A stretch of 64,000 bases of DNA, taken from assembly GCF_013149785.1 (NCBI RefSeq), contig NZ_JABEZU010000001.1, positions 620,001 to 684,000 on the forward strand, in the 5' to 3' direction. Both the position numbers and the translations under genes were made by a program. Below the pieces are notes generated by a model. The model saw nothing but the letters and a program-made list of their open reading frames with translations. It did no database searches and had not been told where the DNA came from. Positions 18,000 through 27,183 of this stretch are shown in pieces (position 1 is the first letter of the stretch; each line of letters begins with the position of its first letter). The stretch is from Isoptericola halotolerans (GTDB taxonomy: Bacteria; Actinomycetota; Actinomycetes; Actinomycetales; Cellulomonadaceae).

Positions 18000-19595
18000 A
18001 TGAACGACCTGCTGGTGCTCCGCGAGGGCGACGACGTCGCCGTCGCCACGCGCGACCTCGCCCCCGACGACCGCGCGGTCGCACCCGACGGGACCGCCGT
18101 CGTCGTCCTCGACGCGGTCCCTCGCGGGCACAAGATCGCGCTGCGGCAGGTCGCCGTCGGAGCTCCGGTGCGCAAGTACGGCCAGGTCATCGGCGTCGCG
18201 ACGGCGGACGTCGCGCCGGGCGCCCACGTGCACTCCCACAACCTGGGGTTCGACCAGGGCGAGCGGCGGGCGCCGCTCGGTGGTGTCCACACCGAGCTCC
18301 CCGTGCCGGCCGGGCCACGTCCCACCTTCCGCGGCTACCGTCGCGCCGACGGGCGCGTGGGCACCCGCAACTACGTCGCGATCCTCACGAGCGTGAACTG
18401 CTCGGCCTCGACGGCGAAGATGATCGCCGAGCAGTTCCGTGGTTCGGCGCTGGACGAGTTCGGAGGCGTCGACGGCGTCATCGCCCTGACGCACACCAGC
18501 GGGTGCGGCCTGGTGCCGGACTCCGAGGGCGGACAGCTGCTGCTGCGCACGCTGCGTGGGTACGCCGCCCACCCGAACGTCGCCGGCCTGCTCGTGCTGG
18601 GACTGGGGTGCGAGATGGTGCCGGGCGCCGCGCTGTCGGCGCGCTCGGGCGCCGTCGCCGACCTGGGGATGCCCGGCGTCGGGGCTCCGGGGCCGACCGA
18701 GAGCGCCGGGCTGCTCGCCGCGATCCCGGGCGACACCGTGGTGCGGTCGATGACCATCCAGGAGACCGGGGGCGTGCGTGCTTCGGTGCGCGCCGGCGTC
18801 GAGGCCGTGCGGTCGATGCTGCCGGAGGTGAACGCCCGGCAGCGCGTCGAGTGCGACGTCTCCGAGCTGGTGCTGGGGCTCAACTGCGGCGGCTCGGACG
18901 GGTACTCGGGCATCACGGCGAACCCGGCCCTCGGCTGGGCCTCGGACCGCATCGTGAGCTACGGCGGCACGTCGGTGCTGGCCGAGACGCCCGAGGTCTA
19001 CGGCGCCGAGCACCTGCTGACGGCCCGCGCCACCGAACCCGGCGTCGCGAAGAGGCTGCTCGACCGGATCGACTGGTGGCAGGAGTACGTCGCGGCCGGC
19101 GGCGGGACCCTCGACAACAACCCCTCGCCGGGCAACAAGGCGGGGGGCCTGACCACGATCCTGGAGAAGTCGCTCGGTGCCGTGGCCAAGGGCGGCCAGG
19201 CCGACCTGACGGCCGTCTACGAGTACGCCGAGCCGATCACCGACCGGGGCTTCACCTTCATGGACACCCCGGGGTACGACCCCGTGTCCGTAACGGGTCT
19301 GGTCGCGGGCGGAGCGAACGTGGTCGTGTTCACCACCGGGCGCGGGTCGGTGTTCGGCTGCCAGCCCACGCCGTCGATCAAGGTCGCCACGAACACCCCG
19401 ATGTACGACCGGATGAGTGAGGACATGGACCTCAACGCCGGCACGATCGTGGACGGGACCGCCACGTTGGACGAGGTCGGCGCGGAGATCCTGGCGAAGA
19501 TCCTCGCGGTGGCGTCCGGCGAGCAGTCCGTGAGCGAGGAGCTCGGCATCGGCGCCGAGGAGTTCATCCCCTGGCACCTCGGCGCCGTCACCTGA
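18000..19595 (+). CDS. uxaA: UxaA-family altronate/galactarate dehydratase with N-terminal SAF domain
   Basis: GHKIAL..VRKYGQVIG, GYRRADGRVGTRNY, CGGSDGYSG, NNPSPGNKAGGLTTILEKSLG, FTTGRGS; exact substrate not resolvable. Confidence 0.88.
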   Translation: MNDLLVLREGDDVAVATRDLAPDDRAVAPDGTAVVVLDAVPRGHKIALRQVAVGAPVRKYGQVIGVATADVAPGAHVHSHNLGFDQGERRAPLGGVHTELPVPAGPRPTFRGYRRADGRVGTRNYVAILTSVNCSASTAKMIAEQFRGSALDEFGGVDGVIALTHTSGCGLVPDSEGGQLLLRTLRGYAAHPNVAGLLVLGLGCEMVPGAALSARSGAVADLGMPGVGAPGPTESAGLLAAIPGDTVVRSMTIQETGGVRASVRAGVEAVRSMLPEVNARQRVECDVSELVLGLNCGGSDGYSGITANPALGWASDRIVSYGGTSVLAETPEVYGAEHLLTARATEPGVAKRLLDRIDWWQEYVAAGGGTLDNNPSPGNKAGGLTTILEKSLGAVAKGGQADLTAVYEYAEPITDRGFTFMDTPGYDPVSVTGLVAGGANVVVFTTGRGSVFGCQPTPSIKVATNTPMYDRMSEDMDLNAGTIVDGTATLDEVGAEILAKILAVASGEQSVSEELGIGAEEFIPWHLGAVT

Positions 19596-19599
19596 TCGT

Positions 19600-19667
19600 T
19601 GTGGGCGCGATCTCTGGCCCGATATGTTTGTTTTGCCCAGGCTGGAAGCCCAGAAATCGCGCCCACA
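19600..19667. repeat. Imperfect inverted repeat between convergent genes
   Basis: TGTGGGCGCGATCTCTGG...CCAGAAATCGCGCCCACA around a T-rich loop. Confidence 0.65.
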
Positions 19668-19690
19668 GCTCTTCGGTGGGGTGGTCGGAG

Positions 19691-20497
19691 TCAGGCGGTG
19701 GTGACCGGCTGCTGCAGCTCGGTCACCCAGTCGCTCTGGTCCTCGTCCGGCTCCGCGCGGACGTAGAGCTCCCGGCACGGTCCGGACGGTACGAGCCCTC
19801 GCGCCGTCATCTCGGTGTGCAGCGCCTGCCAGGACTCGCCGATCCGGTCCATCGAGCCGTGGTGCACCGCGCACACGGCGATGTCCACCGCCGGCAGGTC
19901 GACGACCTCGAACCCGGGCCGCGCCTCGCCGGCGTAGGCGTACCCGACCACGACGCGTAGACCGTCCTCGCCGGCGTCGTACTGAGCGATCGGCGTCTCC
20001 AGCAGCCCCTGGTTCGGCTCGAGCGCCCGGGCCACGGCGTCGAAGGACGGCCCGACGACGGCGGCCACCTCCGGCTGGGCGGCCACCACGGTGGTGCGCG
20101 CCGCGAGCCGGACGGCGGGCAGGGACTTCTTGACGATCTCGATGCTGGTCATGGCCTTCTCCTTCTCGATGAGCCGGAGCCTGCGCTCCACGTCGACGAG
20201 CCGCGCCGTCGCCTCCTCGTGCTCCCTGGCCACCTCGGCCCTCCGGACCTGCAGCAGGCCGGTGAGCTGCTCGGCGTCCACGCCGTCGGCGAGGACGAGC
20301 GCGACGTCGTCGAGGCCGAAGCCGAGCTGGCGCAGGGCGACGATGCGATGGAGCCGGTCGAGCTGGGACGGGTCGTACGAGCGGTACCCGGTGAACTCGT
20401 CGACGTGGGCGGGAACGAGCAGGCCGGCGGAGTCCCAGTGCCGCAGCATGCGGTGGGTCACCTGACCGATCTGCGCGAACGCCCCGATGGACAACAT
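19691..20497 (-). CDS. MerR-family regulator with GyrI-like effector domain
   Basis: SIGAFA..VTHRMLRHWD..GLLVP..TGYRSY; C-terminal HHGSMDRI, CRELY, WVTELQQP. Confidence 0.92.
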   Translation of the reverse strand: MLSIGAFAQIGQVTHRMLRHWDSAGLLVPAHVDEFTGYRSYDPSQLDRLHRIVALRQLGFGLDDVALVLADGVDAEQLTGLLQVRRAEVAREHEEATARLVDVERRLRLIEKEKAMTSIEIVKKSLPAVRLAARTTVVAAQPEVAAVVGPSFDAVARALEPNQGLLETPIAQYDAGEDGLRVVVGYAYAGEARPGFEVVDLPAVDIAVCAVHHGSMDRIGESWQALHTEMTARGLVPSGPCRELYVRAEPDEDQSDWVTELQQPVTTA

Positions 20498-20534
20498 GGC
20501 ACCGTTCTCCCGTCTGTCACCGTGTCAGGGTCAA
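20498..20534 (-). promoter_or_regulatory. MerR-type promoter/operator
   Basis: On - strand TTGACC, a 19-bp spacer containing dyad CTGACAC-G-GTGACAG, weak -10 GAGAAC, 6 nt, then ATG. Confidence 0.65.
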
Positions 20535-20562
20535 GCGCCTCCGAGGGGCAAGGTCTTGCCGG

Positions 20563-21042
20563 TCAGGTCCCGGGTGCGATGGTGTCGCCGACGACGGCGC
20601 ACCGGTCGTCGTGCGGTGCGGCCCCGCCGGCCGCCCGCTCGAGCAGGGTGCGCAGCGTCGCGCGCTCGGCGGGGTCGAGGGTCGACAACAGCTCGTCCTC
20701 GGCACGGGCGACCGCGCCGTCGAGCCCGGTGACGATCTCGCGTCCGCGCGCGGTGGCGACGATCCGACGCGCCCGCCGGTCGCTGGGGTCGGGCTGCCGC
20801 CGGGCGAGGCCCGCCGCGTCGAGCTCGTCGAGCAGGTAGGTCATGACCGTGCGGTCGATCCCGAGGCGGGCGGCGAGCGCTGCCTGGGTGGGGGGCTCGT
20901 CGTGCACGACGGCGGAGAGCACCTCGTAGCCCCGGGATCCCTGCGGCAGCTCGCTGCATGTCGCGGCAACCCGCTGTTTCCACTCGCGCAGGAGCGCGGC
21001 GAGGGACCAGCCGAAGGGCGAGGGCGCGTCGGGTGAGGGCAT
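20563..21042 (-). CDS. MarR-family regulator
   Basis: TQAALAARLGIDRTVMTYLLDEL, DPSDRRAR; TAGGAT-N6-ATG. Confidence 0.92.
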   Translation of the reverse strand: MPSPDAPSPFGWSLAALLREWKQRVAATCSELPQGSRGYEVLSAVVHDEPPTQAALAARLGIDRTVMTYLLDELDAAGLARRQPDPSDRRARRIVATARGREIVTGLDGAVARAEDELLSTLDPAERATLRTLLERAAGGAAPHDDRCAVVGDTIAPGT

Positions 21043-21097
21043 GCGGCGATCCTACCGCGGAATGCGATGTCGTCGAGATGAGTTGTTTCGACTATCG

Positions 21098-21110
21098 TCT
21101 GTTCAACAGA
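21098..21110. promoter_or_regulatory. Probable MarR operator TCTGTT-C-AACAGA
   Basis: Perfect dyad in the AT-rich gap between marR and the divergent oxidoreductase. Confidence 0.6.
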
Positions 21111-21136
21111 TTAATCTCGTCCTCAGGAGCAGCCCC

Positions 21137-23404
21137 ATGACCGACTACGGCCACGACCTGGTCTTCGGTACGTTCGTCACCCCGTCGAACCGTGACCCTC
21201 AGCAGCCCGTCCGGCTCGCCCAGGCCGCCGAGACCGCCGGCCTGGACCTCGTGACCTTCCAGGACCACCCGTACCAGCCCGGGTTCCTGGACACGTGGAC
21301 GCTCATCTCCTACGTGGCGGCCGCCACCGAGCGGGTGCACCTGGCCGGCAACGTCCTCAACCTGCCACTGCGCCAGCCGGCCGTGCTGGCGCGGTCGGTC
21401 GCCAGCCTCGACCTGCTCAGCGGCGGGCGCATCGACCTCGGCCTCGGTGCGGGCGGGTTCTGGGACGCCATCGAGTCCATGGGCGCCGAGCGGCTGACCC
21501 CGGCGCAGTCCGTCACGGCCCTCGAGGAAGCCCTCGAGATCATCCGTGGCATCTGGGACCCCGGTGAGCGTCGCGGCCTGCGCACCAGCGGCGAGCACCA
21601 CCGCGTCACCGGGGCGAAGCGAGGGCCCGCCCCGGCGCACGACGTGCCCGTCTGGCTCGGCGCGTACAAGCCCCGCATGCTGCGACTCGTCGCGCGCAAG
21701 GCCGACGGCTGGCTGCCCTCCCTCGCCTACCTGAAGGACGGTGACCTGGCCCGGGGCAACAAGGTCATCGACGAGGCCGCCGAGGAGGCCGGCCGCCACC
21801 CCGCGGAGATCCGCCGCCTGCTCAACGTGCAGGGCGCTGTCGCACCCGCACGCCAGGGGTTCCTGCAGGGGCCCGTCGAGCAGTGGGTCGACGAGCTCGC
21901 CACCCTCGCCCTGTCCGACGGCATCGGGACGTTCGTCGTCGCCACCGACGACCCGACCCAGACGGCGGTGCTCGGCCACGAGATCGCCCCGGCGGTGCGC
22001 GAGCTGGTCGCCCGCGAGCGCGCAGCCGCCGGGACCGCCCCGGCCGCCACCCGCCGGGGCAGAGCCGCGATCGAGCTGCGCCGGGACGGGATCGACTACG
22101 GCGCCGTGCCGGCCGCGCTGGCGAGCACCGCCGTCGAACCGGGCGACCGCGCCTACGACACCGTGCGCCACAACTACCTGCGCTCCGGCGCCCCGGGCCT
22201 CGTGCTCCGTCCCCGCGACGCCACCGAGGTCGCCGAAGCCGTCGCCTATGCCCGGGCGCAGGACGTCCCGCTGGGCATCCGCTCCGGCGGGCACGGCATC
22301 AGCGGGCGGTCCACGAACGACGGCGGGATCGTCGTCGACCTCGGGTCGCTGAATGCCATCGAGGTGGTCGACGACGCCACCCGCCGCGTGCGGATCGGTG
22401 CCGGCGCCACCTGGAGTCAGGTCGCCGAAGCGCTGGCACCGCGCGGCTGGGCGATCAGCTCGGGTGACTACGGCGGTGTCGGTGTCGGCGGGCTCGCCAC
22501 CGCCGGCGGGGTCGGGTTCCTCGGGCGCACGTACGGGCTGACCATCGACCACCTCGTGGCGGCGGAGGTCGTGACGGCGGACGGGCGCGTCGTACGAGCC
22601 TCCGCCACGGAGCACCCCGACCTGTTCTGGGGGCTGCGCGGTGCCGGCGGGAACCTGGGCGCCGTCACCTGGGTCGAGATCGAGGCGCAGGAGGTCGGCG
22701 ACGTTGTCTTCTCCCAGATGACCCTCGACGCCACCGACACCGCCGGGCTGCTCGAGCGCTGGGGGAAGGCGGTCGAGACCGCTCCCCGCGAGCTCACGAG
22801 CTTCCTCATCCTGTCGCCAGGCCGGCGTGGGAACGGGCCGGTCGCCCAGCTCATGACCGTCTGGGCCGGTGACGACACCGTCGCGGCCGTCACCCAGCTC
22901 GAACGGTTGGCCGACGCCGGACCGCTCCTGGGGCACGAGGCGTACCTGCTGCCCTACTCCGGCGTCGTGCAGGCGGCGGCGAAGCAGCACCAGGGCGGCG
23001 GCGACCCGGCGGTCCGTTCCGCTCTGGTGACCCACCTCGACACGGCGACCGCCCGCGCCTTCGAGCGGGTGGCGGCGTCGGGCGCCGCCTACTTCCTGCA
23101 GGTCCGCGCGACCGGCGGGGCGACCCACGACGTCCCGGTGGAGGCCACGGCCTACGCGCACCGGCGGCAGAACTTCGTGCTCTCGGCGATGGGGAGCTCG
23201 CAGGAGCAGCTCGACATGCTCTGGGACGCCGAGATGGCGTCGCACACGGACGGGCTCTACCTGTCCTTCGACACCGACACGCGACCCGAGCGGCTCGACG
23301 AGGCGTTCCCCGGGCCGACCCTGGCGCGGCTGCGCCAGGTCAAGCGGGACTGGGACCCGACGAACCTCTTCAGCGCCAACTTCCCCGTGCCGCCGGCGGA
23401 GTAG
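21137..23404 (+). CDS. Luciferase-like (LLM) domain fused to FAD-linked oxidase (FAD_binding_4/BBE-type)
   Basis: SD AGGAG + ATG 21137; FQDHPYQ..DTWT, DLLSGGRIDLGLGAG; then IRSGGHG, DLFWGLRGAGGNLG, VKRDWDPTNLF. Confidence 0.88.
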   Translation: MTDYGHDLVFGTFVTPSNRDPQQPVRLAQAAETAGLDLVTFQDHPYQPGFLDTWTLISYVAAATERVHLAGNVLNLPLRQPAVLARSVASLDLLSGGRIDLGLGAGGFWDAIESMGAERLTPAQSVTALEEALEIIRGIWDPGERRGLRTSGEHHRVTGAKRGPAPAHDVPVWLGAYKPRMLRLVARKADGWLPSLAYLKDGDLARGNKVIDEAAEEAGRHPAEIRRLLNVQGAVAPARQGFLQGPVEQWVDELATLALSDGIGTFVVATDDPTQTAVLGHEIAPAVRELVARERAAAGTAPAATRRGRAAIELRRDGIDYGAVPAALASTAVEPGDRAYDTVRHNYLRSGAPGLVLRPRDATEVAEAVAYARAQDVPLGIRSGGHGISGRSTNDGGIVVDLGSLNAIEVVDDATRRVRIGAGATWSQVAEALAPRGWAISSGDYGGVGVGGLATAGGVGFLGRTYGLTIDHLVAAEVVTADGRVVRASATEHPDLFWGLRGAGGNLGAVTWVEIEAQEVGDVVFSQMTLDATDTAGLLERWGKAVETAPRELTSFLILSPGRRGNGPVAQLMTVWAGDDTVAAVTQLERLADAGPLLGHEAYLLPYSGVVQAAAKQHQGGGDPAVRSALVTHLDTATARAFERVAASGAAYFLQVRATGGATHDVPVEATAYAHRRQNFVLSAMGSSQEQLDMLWDAEMASHTDGLYLSFDTDTRPERLDEAFPGPTLARLRQVKRDWDPTNLFSANFPVPPAE

Positions 23405-23413
23405 CTCGCCGGT

Positions 23414-23695
23414 TCAGCCGTGGCCGATGCTCGCGGCGAGCGAGAACAGCACGACACCCAGCGTCACGACGCCCGTCATCGCCCCCACGAGCCCCCGGGC
23501 GGTGCCGGGGCGCGCGTCGCGCTCGGCGACGTGGATGGCGAACGATCCCAGGCCGATGGAGGCGAGAGCGAGAGGGGCGGCCACCCAGTCGCCGACCACG
23601 GGGACGACGGCGCAGGCCAGCCCCGCCACCCCGAGTGCCACCGACCACTCGGCCGAGCGCGGCACGCCGGGCCCCGAGGTGTCGCCGTCGTCCAT
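23414..23695 (-). CDS. Small membrane protein (about 3 TM)
   Basis: GGAG + ATG 23695; hydrophobic segments SVALGVAGLACAVVPVVG, GLVGAMTGVVTLGVVLF. Confidence 0.65.
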   Translation of the reverse strand: MDDGDTSGPGVPRSAEWSVALGVAGLACAVVPVVGDWVAAPLALASIGLGSFAIHVAERDARPGTARGLVGAMTGVVTLGVVLFSLAASIGHG

Positions 23696-23776
23696 GTGTC
23701 GCTCCGTCTCGCCGGTCCCGTCCTCGTCCGGGTCAAGTGTGACGGGTGTCAGATGAATCCTGCTCTGCTCATCGTG

Positions 23777-23862
23777 TCGACCCTCCCCCTCGAGTGGAGT
23801 CAGGTTCACTCGACCCTCCCCCTTGAGTGGAGTCATGTTTACTCAACCCTCCCCCTCGAGTG
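23777..23862. repeat. 33-bp tandem direct repeat (2.6 copies) directly upstream of the ATPase gene
   Basis: TCGACCCTCCCCCTCGAGTGGAGTCAGGTTCAC / TCGACCCTCCCCCTTGAGTGGAGTCATGTTTAC / TCAACCCTCCCCCTCGAGTG at 23777, 23810, 23843. Confidence 0.9.
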
Positions 23863-23884
23863 AGTATGGTGCTACCTTCATTGC

Positions 23885-25231
23885 CTGCGCGATGACTCCA
23901 TCCGGCACCACCTCAGCGAGCGAAACCCCTGGTGGAAGGCGCAGGTGCTCGGCGAAGAGACTACCGCTTGGACGCGGCGGCATCCTGTGCTGCAGGGGTT
24001 GGCCACGTACGACATCGGATATCGGGCGGAAGCGCTCGACGACGTCGCGACGGATCCGCTCGGCGATCGGTTGATCGTCCTGTCGGGGCCGCGGCGCATC
24101 GGCAAGTCGGTCGTGATGCTGCAGCTCGCCGCGACGCTCTGCGAACGGAGCGATATCGATCCCCGGCAGATCATCCACGTCCCGTGCGACACGTTGGCAC
24201 TGCAAGACGTCCGCCGCGTTCTCACGCTCGCGCGCAGCATGACGGAGTCGGTCGACCTCGACGGGGCGCGGCCTCGAGTGTGGCTCTTCGACGAGATCAC
24301 CTCGGTGCGTGGTTGGTCGTCCGTGTTCAAGGACGCCCGGGACAACACGGCGTTCGCGCACGACACCGTCATCGCCGCGGGGTCCCGATGGGACCCGGAC
24401 GAGGACATCGAGGGCAACCTCATGGCAGGTCGGGCAGGTTCTGAGACACGTCGCCGCCGAACACTCCTGCCGATGAGCTTCCGCGAGTTCCTCATCACCA
24501 CGCGTGAGAACCTCCCCGTGCTGTCACGTCTTCATCCAGGTCACTTGCAGAGTCGCGAGGCGCGTGCCCAGCTCGCCGAGACGGAACTGTTCGTCGACGA
24601 GTTCGATCTGGCTTGGCAGCAGTTCCTGAGTGTGGGTGGGTTTCCGCGCGCCGTGGCCGAGTACGTCCGGAACGGTGCCGTCTCGGATGCGTATCTGCAG
24701 GATCTCCAGGCGTGGACTCGGGCGGCCTTGGAGACCCGGCTGACGCGGATGGTGTCGTCGCACGCTGTGCTGCGCTGTCCTCAGCGAGACGACTTCGGAG
24801 CGCTGGTGCCTCGAACGCAGTCCAAGCACTACCTCACCGATCCGGTCCTCTCGTGGTTGCCGTCACGCCTACGTGGTGGGGCGAAGGCGCCCGACATGAC
24901 GTCCCTGACCGAACAGGCCATCGGTGTGCACCTCGCGCGTGCGGTGGACGCCCACTCCGAGGGGCGATGGCTGGCTGGTGACACCATCGGATACGCACGG
25001 ACGAGCAACGACCGGGAGATCGACCTGGCGCCGGTCTCGTTGCCGTCCGCTGCGGGGACCGTCATGAGCGTGCCGATCGAGTCGAAGTGGGTCTCGCGTG
25101 GCTGGAAGAGCGAGGCCCGCGTGATCATGGGGAAGTACCAGCGGGGAATCCTCGCGACGAAGTCGATCTTGGACACGAGCGGAGAGGTGTGGGCCGTCCC
25201 GGCGCCGCTGCTGGCGTTGACGCTGCTCTGA
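23885..25231 (+). CDS. AAA_14/DUF4143-type ATPase with C-terminal PD-(D/E)xK-like motif; possibly degenerate
   Basis: Frame is open upstream of GTG 23945 and includes RNPWW; Walker A GPRRIGKS, Walker B WLFDEIT, LLPMSFREF, GGFP, KHYLTDP, REIDL...IESKW. Confidence 0.8.
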   Translation: MRDDSIRHHLSERNPWWKAQVLGEETTAWTRRHPVLQGLATYDIGYRAEALDDVATDPLGDRLIVLSGPRRIGKSVVMLQLAATLCERSDIDPRQIIHVPCDTLALQDVRRVLTLARSMTESVDLDGARPRVWLFDEITSVRGWSSVFKDARDNTAFAHDTVIAAGSRWDPDEDIEGNLMAGRAGSETRRRRTLLPMSFREFLITTRENLPVLSRLHPGHLQSREARAQLAETELFVDEFDLAWQQFLSVGGFPRAVAEYVRNGAVSDAYLQDLQAWTRAALETRLTRMVSSHAVLRCPQRDDFGALVPRTQSKHYLTDPVLSWLPSRLRGGAKAPDMTSLTEQAIGVHLARAVDAHSEGRWLAGDTIGYARTSNDREIDLAPVSLPSAAGTVMSVPIESKWVSRGWKSEARVIMGKYQRGILATKSILDTSGEVWAVPAPLLALTLL

Positions 25232-25243
25232 CAGGATGCTCCT

Positions 25244-26305
25244 ATGCCTCTCGCACCTCGCTACCTGGCCGCCGACACCCGTTACGACACGATGACCTAT
25301 CGCCGGACGGGTCGTTCCGGGCTGGACCTGCCGGCGCTGTCGCTGGGCCTGTGGCACAACTTCGGCCACGTGAACCCGCTGGAGACGCAGCGTGCGATCC
25401 TGTGCCGCGCGTTCGACCTCGGCGTGACGCACTTCGACCTGGCGAACAACTACGGCCCGCCGTACGGCTCGGCGGAGGAGAACTTCGGCCGCCACCTGGC
25501 CACCGACCTGCGGCCGTACCGCGACGAGCTCGTCATCTCCACCAAGGCGGGCTACGACATGTGGCCGGGCCCGTACGGCGACCACGGCTCGCGCAAGTAC
25601 CTGCTGTCCTCGCTCGACCAGTCCCTGCACCGCATGGGTCTCGACCACGTCGACATCTTCTACCACCACCGCCCGGACCCCTCGACGCCGCTGGAAGAGA
25701 CCATGGGTGCCCTCGCCTCCGCCGTCGCGCAGGGCAAGGCGCTGTACGTCGGGGTCTCGAACTACTCGCCGTCGCGCACCCGGGAGGCGGCCCAGATCCT
25801 GGCGGAGCTGGGTACCCCGATGCTCATCCACCAGCCCAGCTACTCGATGTTCAACCGGCACATCGAAGACGCCGAGCGCGAGGACCCCTACGACGGTCAG
25901 CAGAGCGAGTCCCTGCTCGACGCCGTCGAGGACCTGGGAGTGGGCACCATCGTCTTCTCCCCGCTGCAGCAGGGACTGCTGACCGGCCGCTACCTGGGCG
26001 GTTCGGCACCGGAGGGGTCGCGCGCGGCGCGGTCGGACTCGCCGTTCCTCTCCAGCGACGCCCTCAGCGAGACCTACCTCGAACGGGCGCGCGCCCTGCA
26101 CGAGATCGCCGCCGGGCGCGGGCAGAGCCTCGCCCAGCTCGCGCTGTCGTGGGTGCTGCGGGACTCGCGCGTGACGTCGGCGCTGATCGGGGCGTCCTCG
26201 GTGGCGCAGCTCGAGGACAACGTCGCGGCGCTCGCGGCCGGGCCCTTGACCGAGGACGAGGTCGCCGCGATCGAGCCGTACGCCGTCGACGGCACCGGCC
26301 GCTGA
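25244..26305 (+). CDS. Aldo/keto reductase (YghZ/Gpr-like L-glyceraldehyde-3-phosphate reductase family)
   Basis: LSLGLWHNFG, FDLANNYGPPYGSAE, ISTKAGY, LIHQPSYSM, ALIGAS. Confidence 0.92.
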   Translation: MPLAPRYLAADTRYDTMTYRRTGRSGLDLPALSLGLWHNFGHVNPLETQRAILCRAFDLGVTHFDLANNYGPPYGSAEENFGRHLATDLRPYRDELVISTKAGYDMWPGPYGDHGSRKYLLSSLDQSLHRMGLDHVDIFYHHRPDPSTPLEETMGALASAVAQGKALYVGVSNYSPSRTREAAQILAELGTPMLIHQPSYSMFNRHIEDAEREDPYDGQQSESLLDAVEDLGVGTIVFSPLQQGLLTGRYLGGSAPEGSRAARSDSPFLSSDALSETYLERARALHEIAAGRGQSLAQLALSWVLRDSRVTSALIGASSVAQLEDNVAALAAGPLTEDEVAAIEPYAVDGTGR

Positions 26306-26322
26306 CCGGGAAGGGGACTCGG

Positions 26323-27183
26323 ATGAGCACCTGCTGGTTCGTGGGCCTGACCACGCTCGACGTCGTGCACCGGGCCACCGCGCGGCCGGGCAGCGACGAG
26401 AAGGTCACGGCCGTCCGCCAGGACGTCGCCGCGGGCGGTCCGGCTGCCAACGCCGCCGTGACGGCCGCCGCGCTCGGGGTCCGGGCCGTGCTGATCACGG
26501 CGCTGGGTGACGGGCCGGTCGCGATGGCGGCGCGCAGCGACCTGGCCGCCCACGGCGTCGAGGTCCAGGACGTGGCCGCCGGGTCGGACTTCCCGCTCGC
26601 CGTCTCCGCGGTGCTGGTCGACGACGCGACCGGGGAACGGTCGGTCGTCTCGGCGGACGCGGCGCTCGCCGACGCCCCGGCGCCGTCGAACCTGCCGCAG
26701 CTGCCCACCCCGGACCTCGTGCTGCTGGACGGGCACCACCCGGCGATCGCCCGCGCCGTCGTGGAGCACGTCGGGACCCTCGACCGCCGCCCACCCGTGC
26801 TGCTGGACGCCGGGCGGTGGCGGGAGGTGTTCGCCGAGCTGATCCCTGCCGCCGACGTCGCCGCGCTCTCGGCGGACTTCTCGGTCCCCGGGCACGACGA
26901 CGGCGCTTCGGGCGCCCGGGCGCTCGGGGCCGGCGCCGTGGTGGTCACCCACGGCGGCGACCCGGTCGAGTGGTTCGGCGCGGACGGGTCCGGGACGGTC
27001 GACGTGCCGGAGGTCGAGGTCCGCGACACGCTCGGCGCGGGCGACGCCTTCCACGGGGCGCTCGCCGCCGCCCTGGCCGGCGGGGCCGCACTGTCCGAGG
27101 CCTGCGCGCAGGCGGCACGGGTCGCGAGCACCCGGGTGGCTCACGACGGACCACGTGCCTGGCTCGCGGAGCTGCGCGGGTGA
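26323..27183 (+). CDS. PfkB-family carbohydrate kinase
   Basis: AGGPAANAA, DTLGAGDAFHG; ATG 26323. Confidence 0.9.
   Translation: MSTCWFVGLTTLDVVHRATARPGSDEKVTAVRQDVAAGGPAANAAVTAAALGVRAVLITALGDGPVAMAARSDLAAHGVEVQDVAAGSDFPLAVSAVLVDDATGERSVVSADAALADAPAPSNLPQLPTPDLVLLDGHHPAIARAVVEHVGTLDRRPPVLLDAGRWREVFAELIPAADVAALSADFSVPGHDDGASGARALGAGAVVVTHGGDPVEWFGADGSGTVDVPEVEVRDTLGAGDAFHGALAAALAGGAALSEACAQAARVASTRVAHDGPRAWLAELRG

Noticed and set aside
23696..23836. N-terminal extension MTPLKGEGRVNLTPLEGEGR of the small membrane protein
   Set aside because: Just the translation of the 33-bp repeat; a better start with SD lies at 23695
23777..23862. Possible mini-CRISPR array
   Set aside because: Units are contiguous with no unique spacers (the variable part is near-identical) and no cas genes are present
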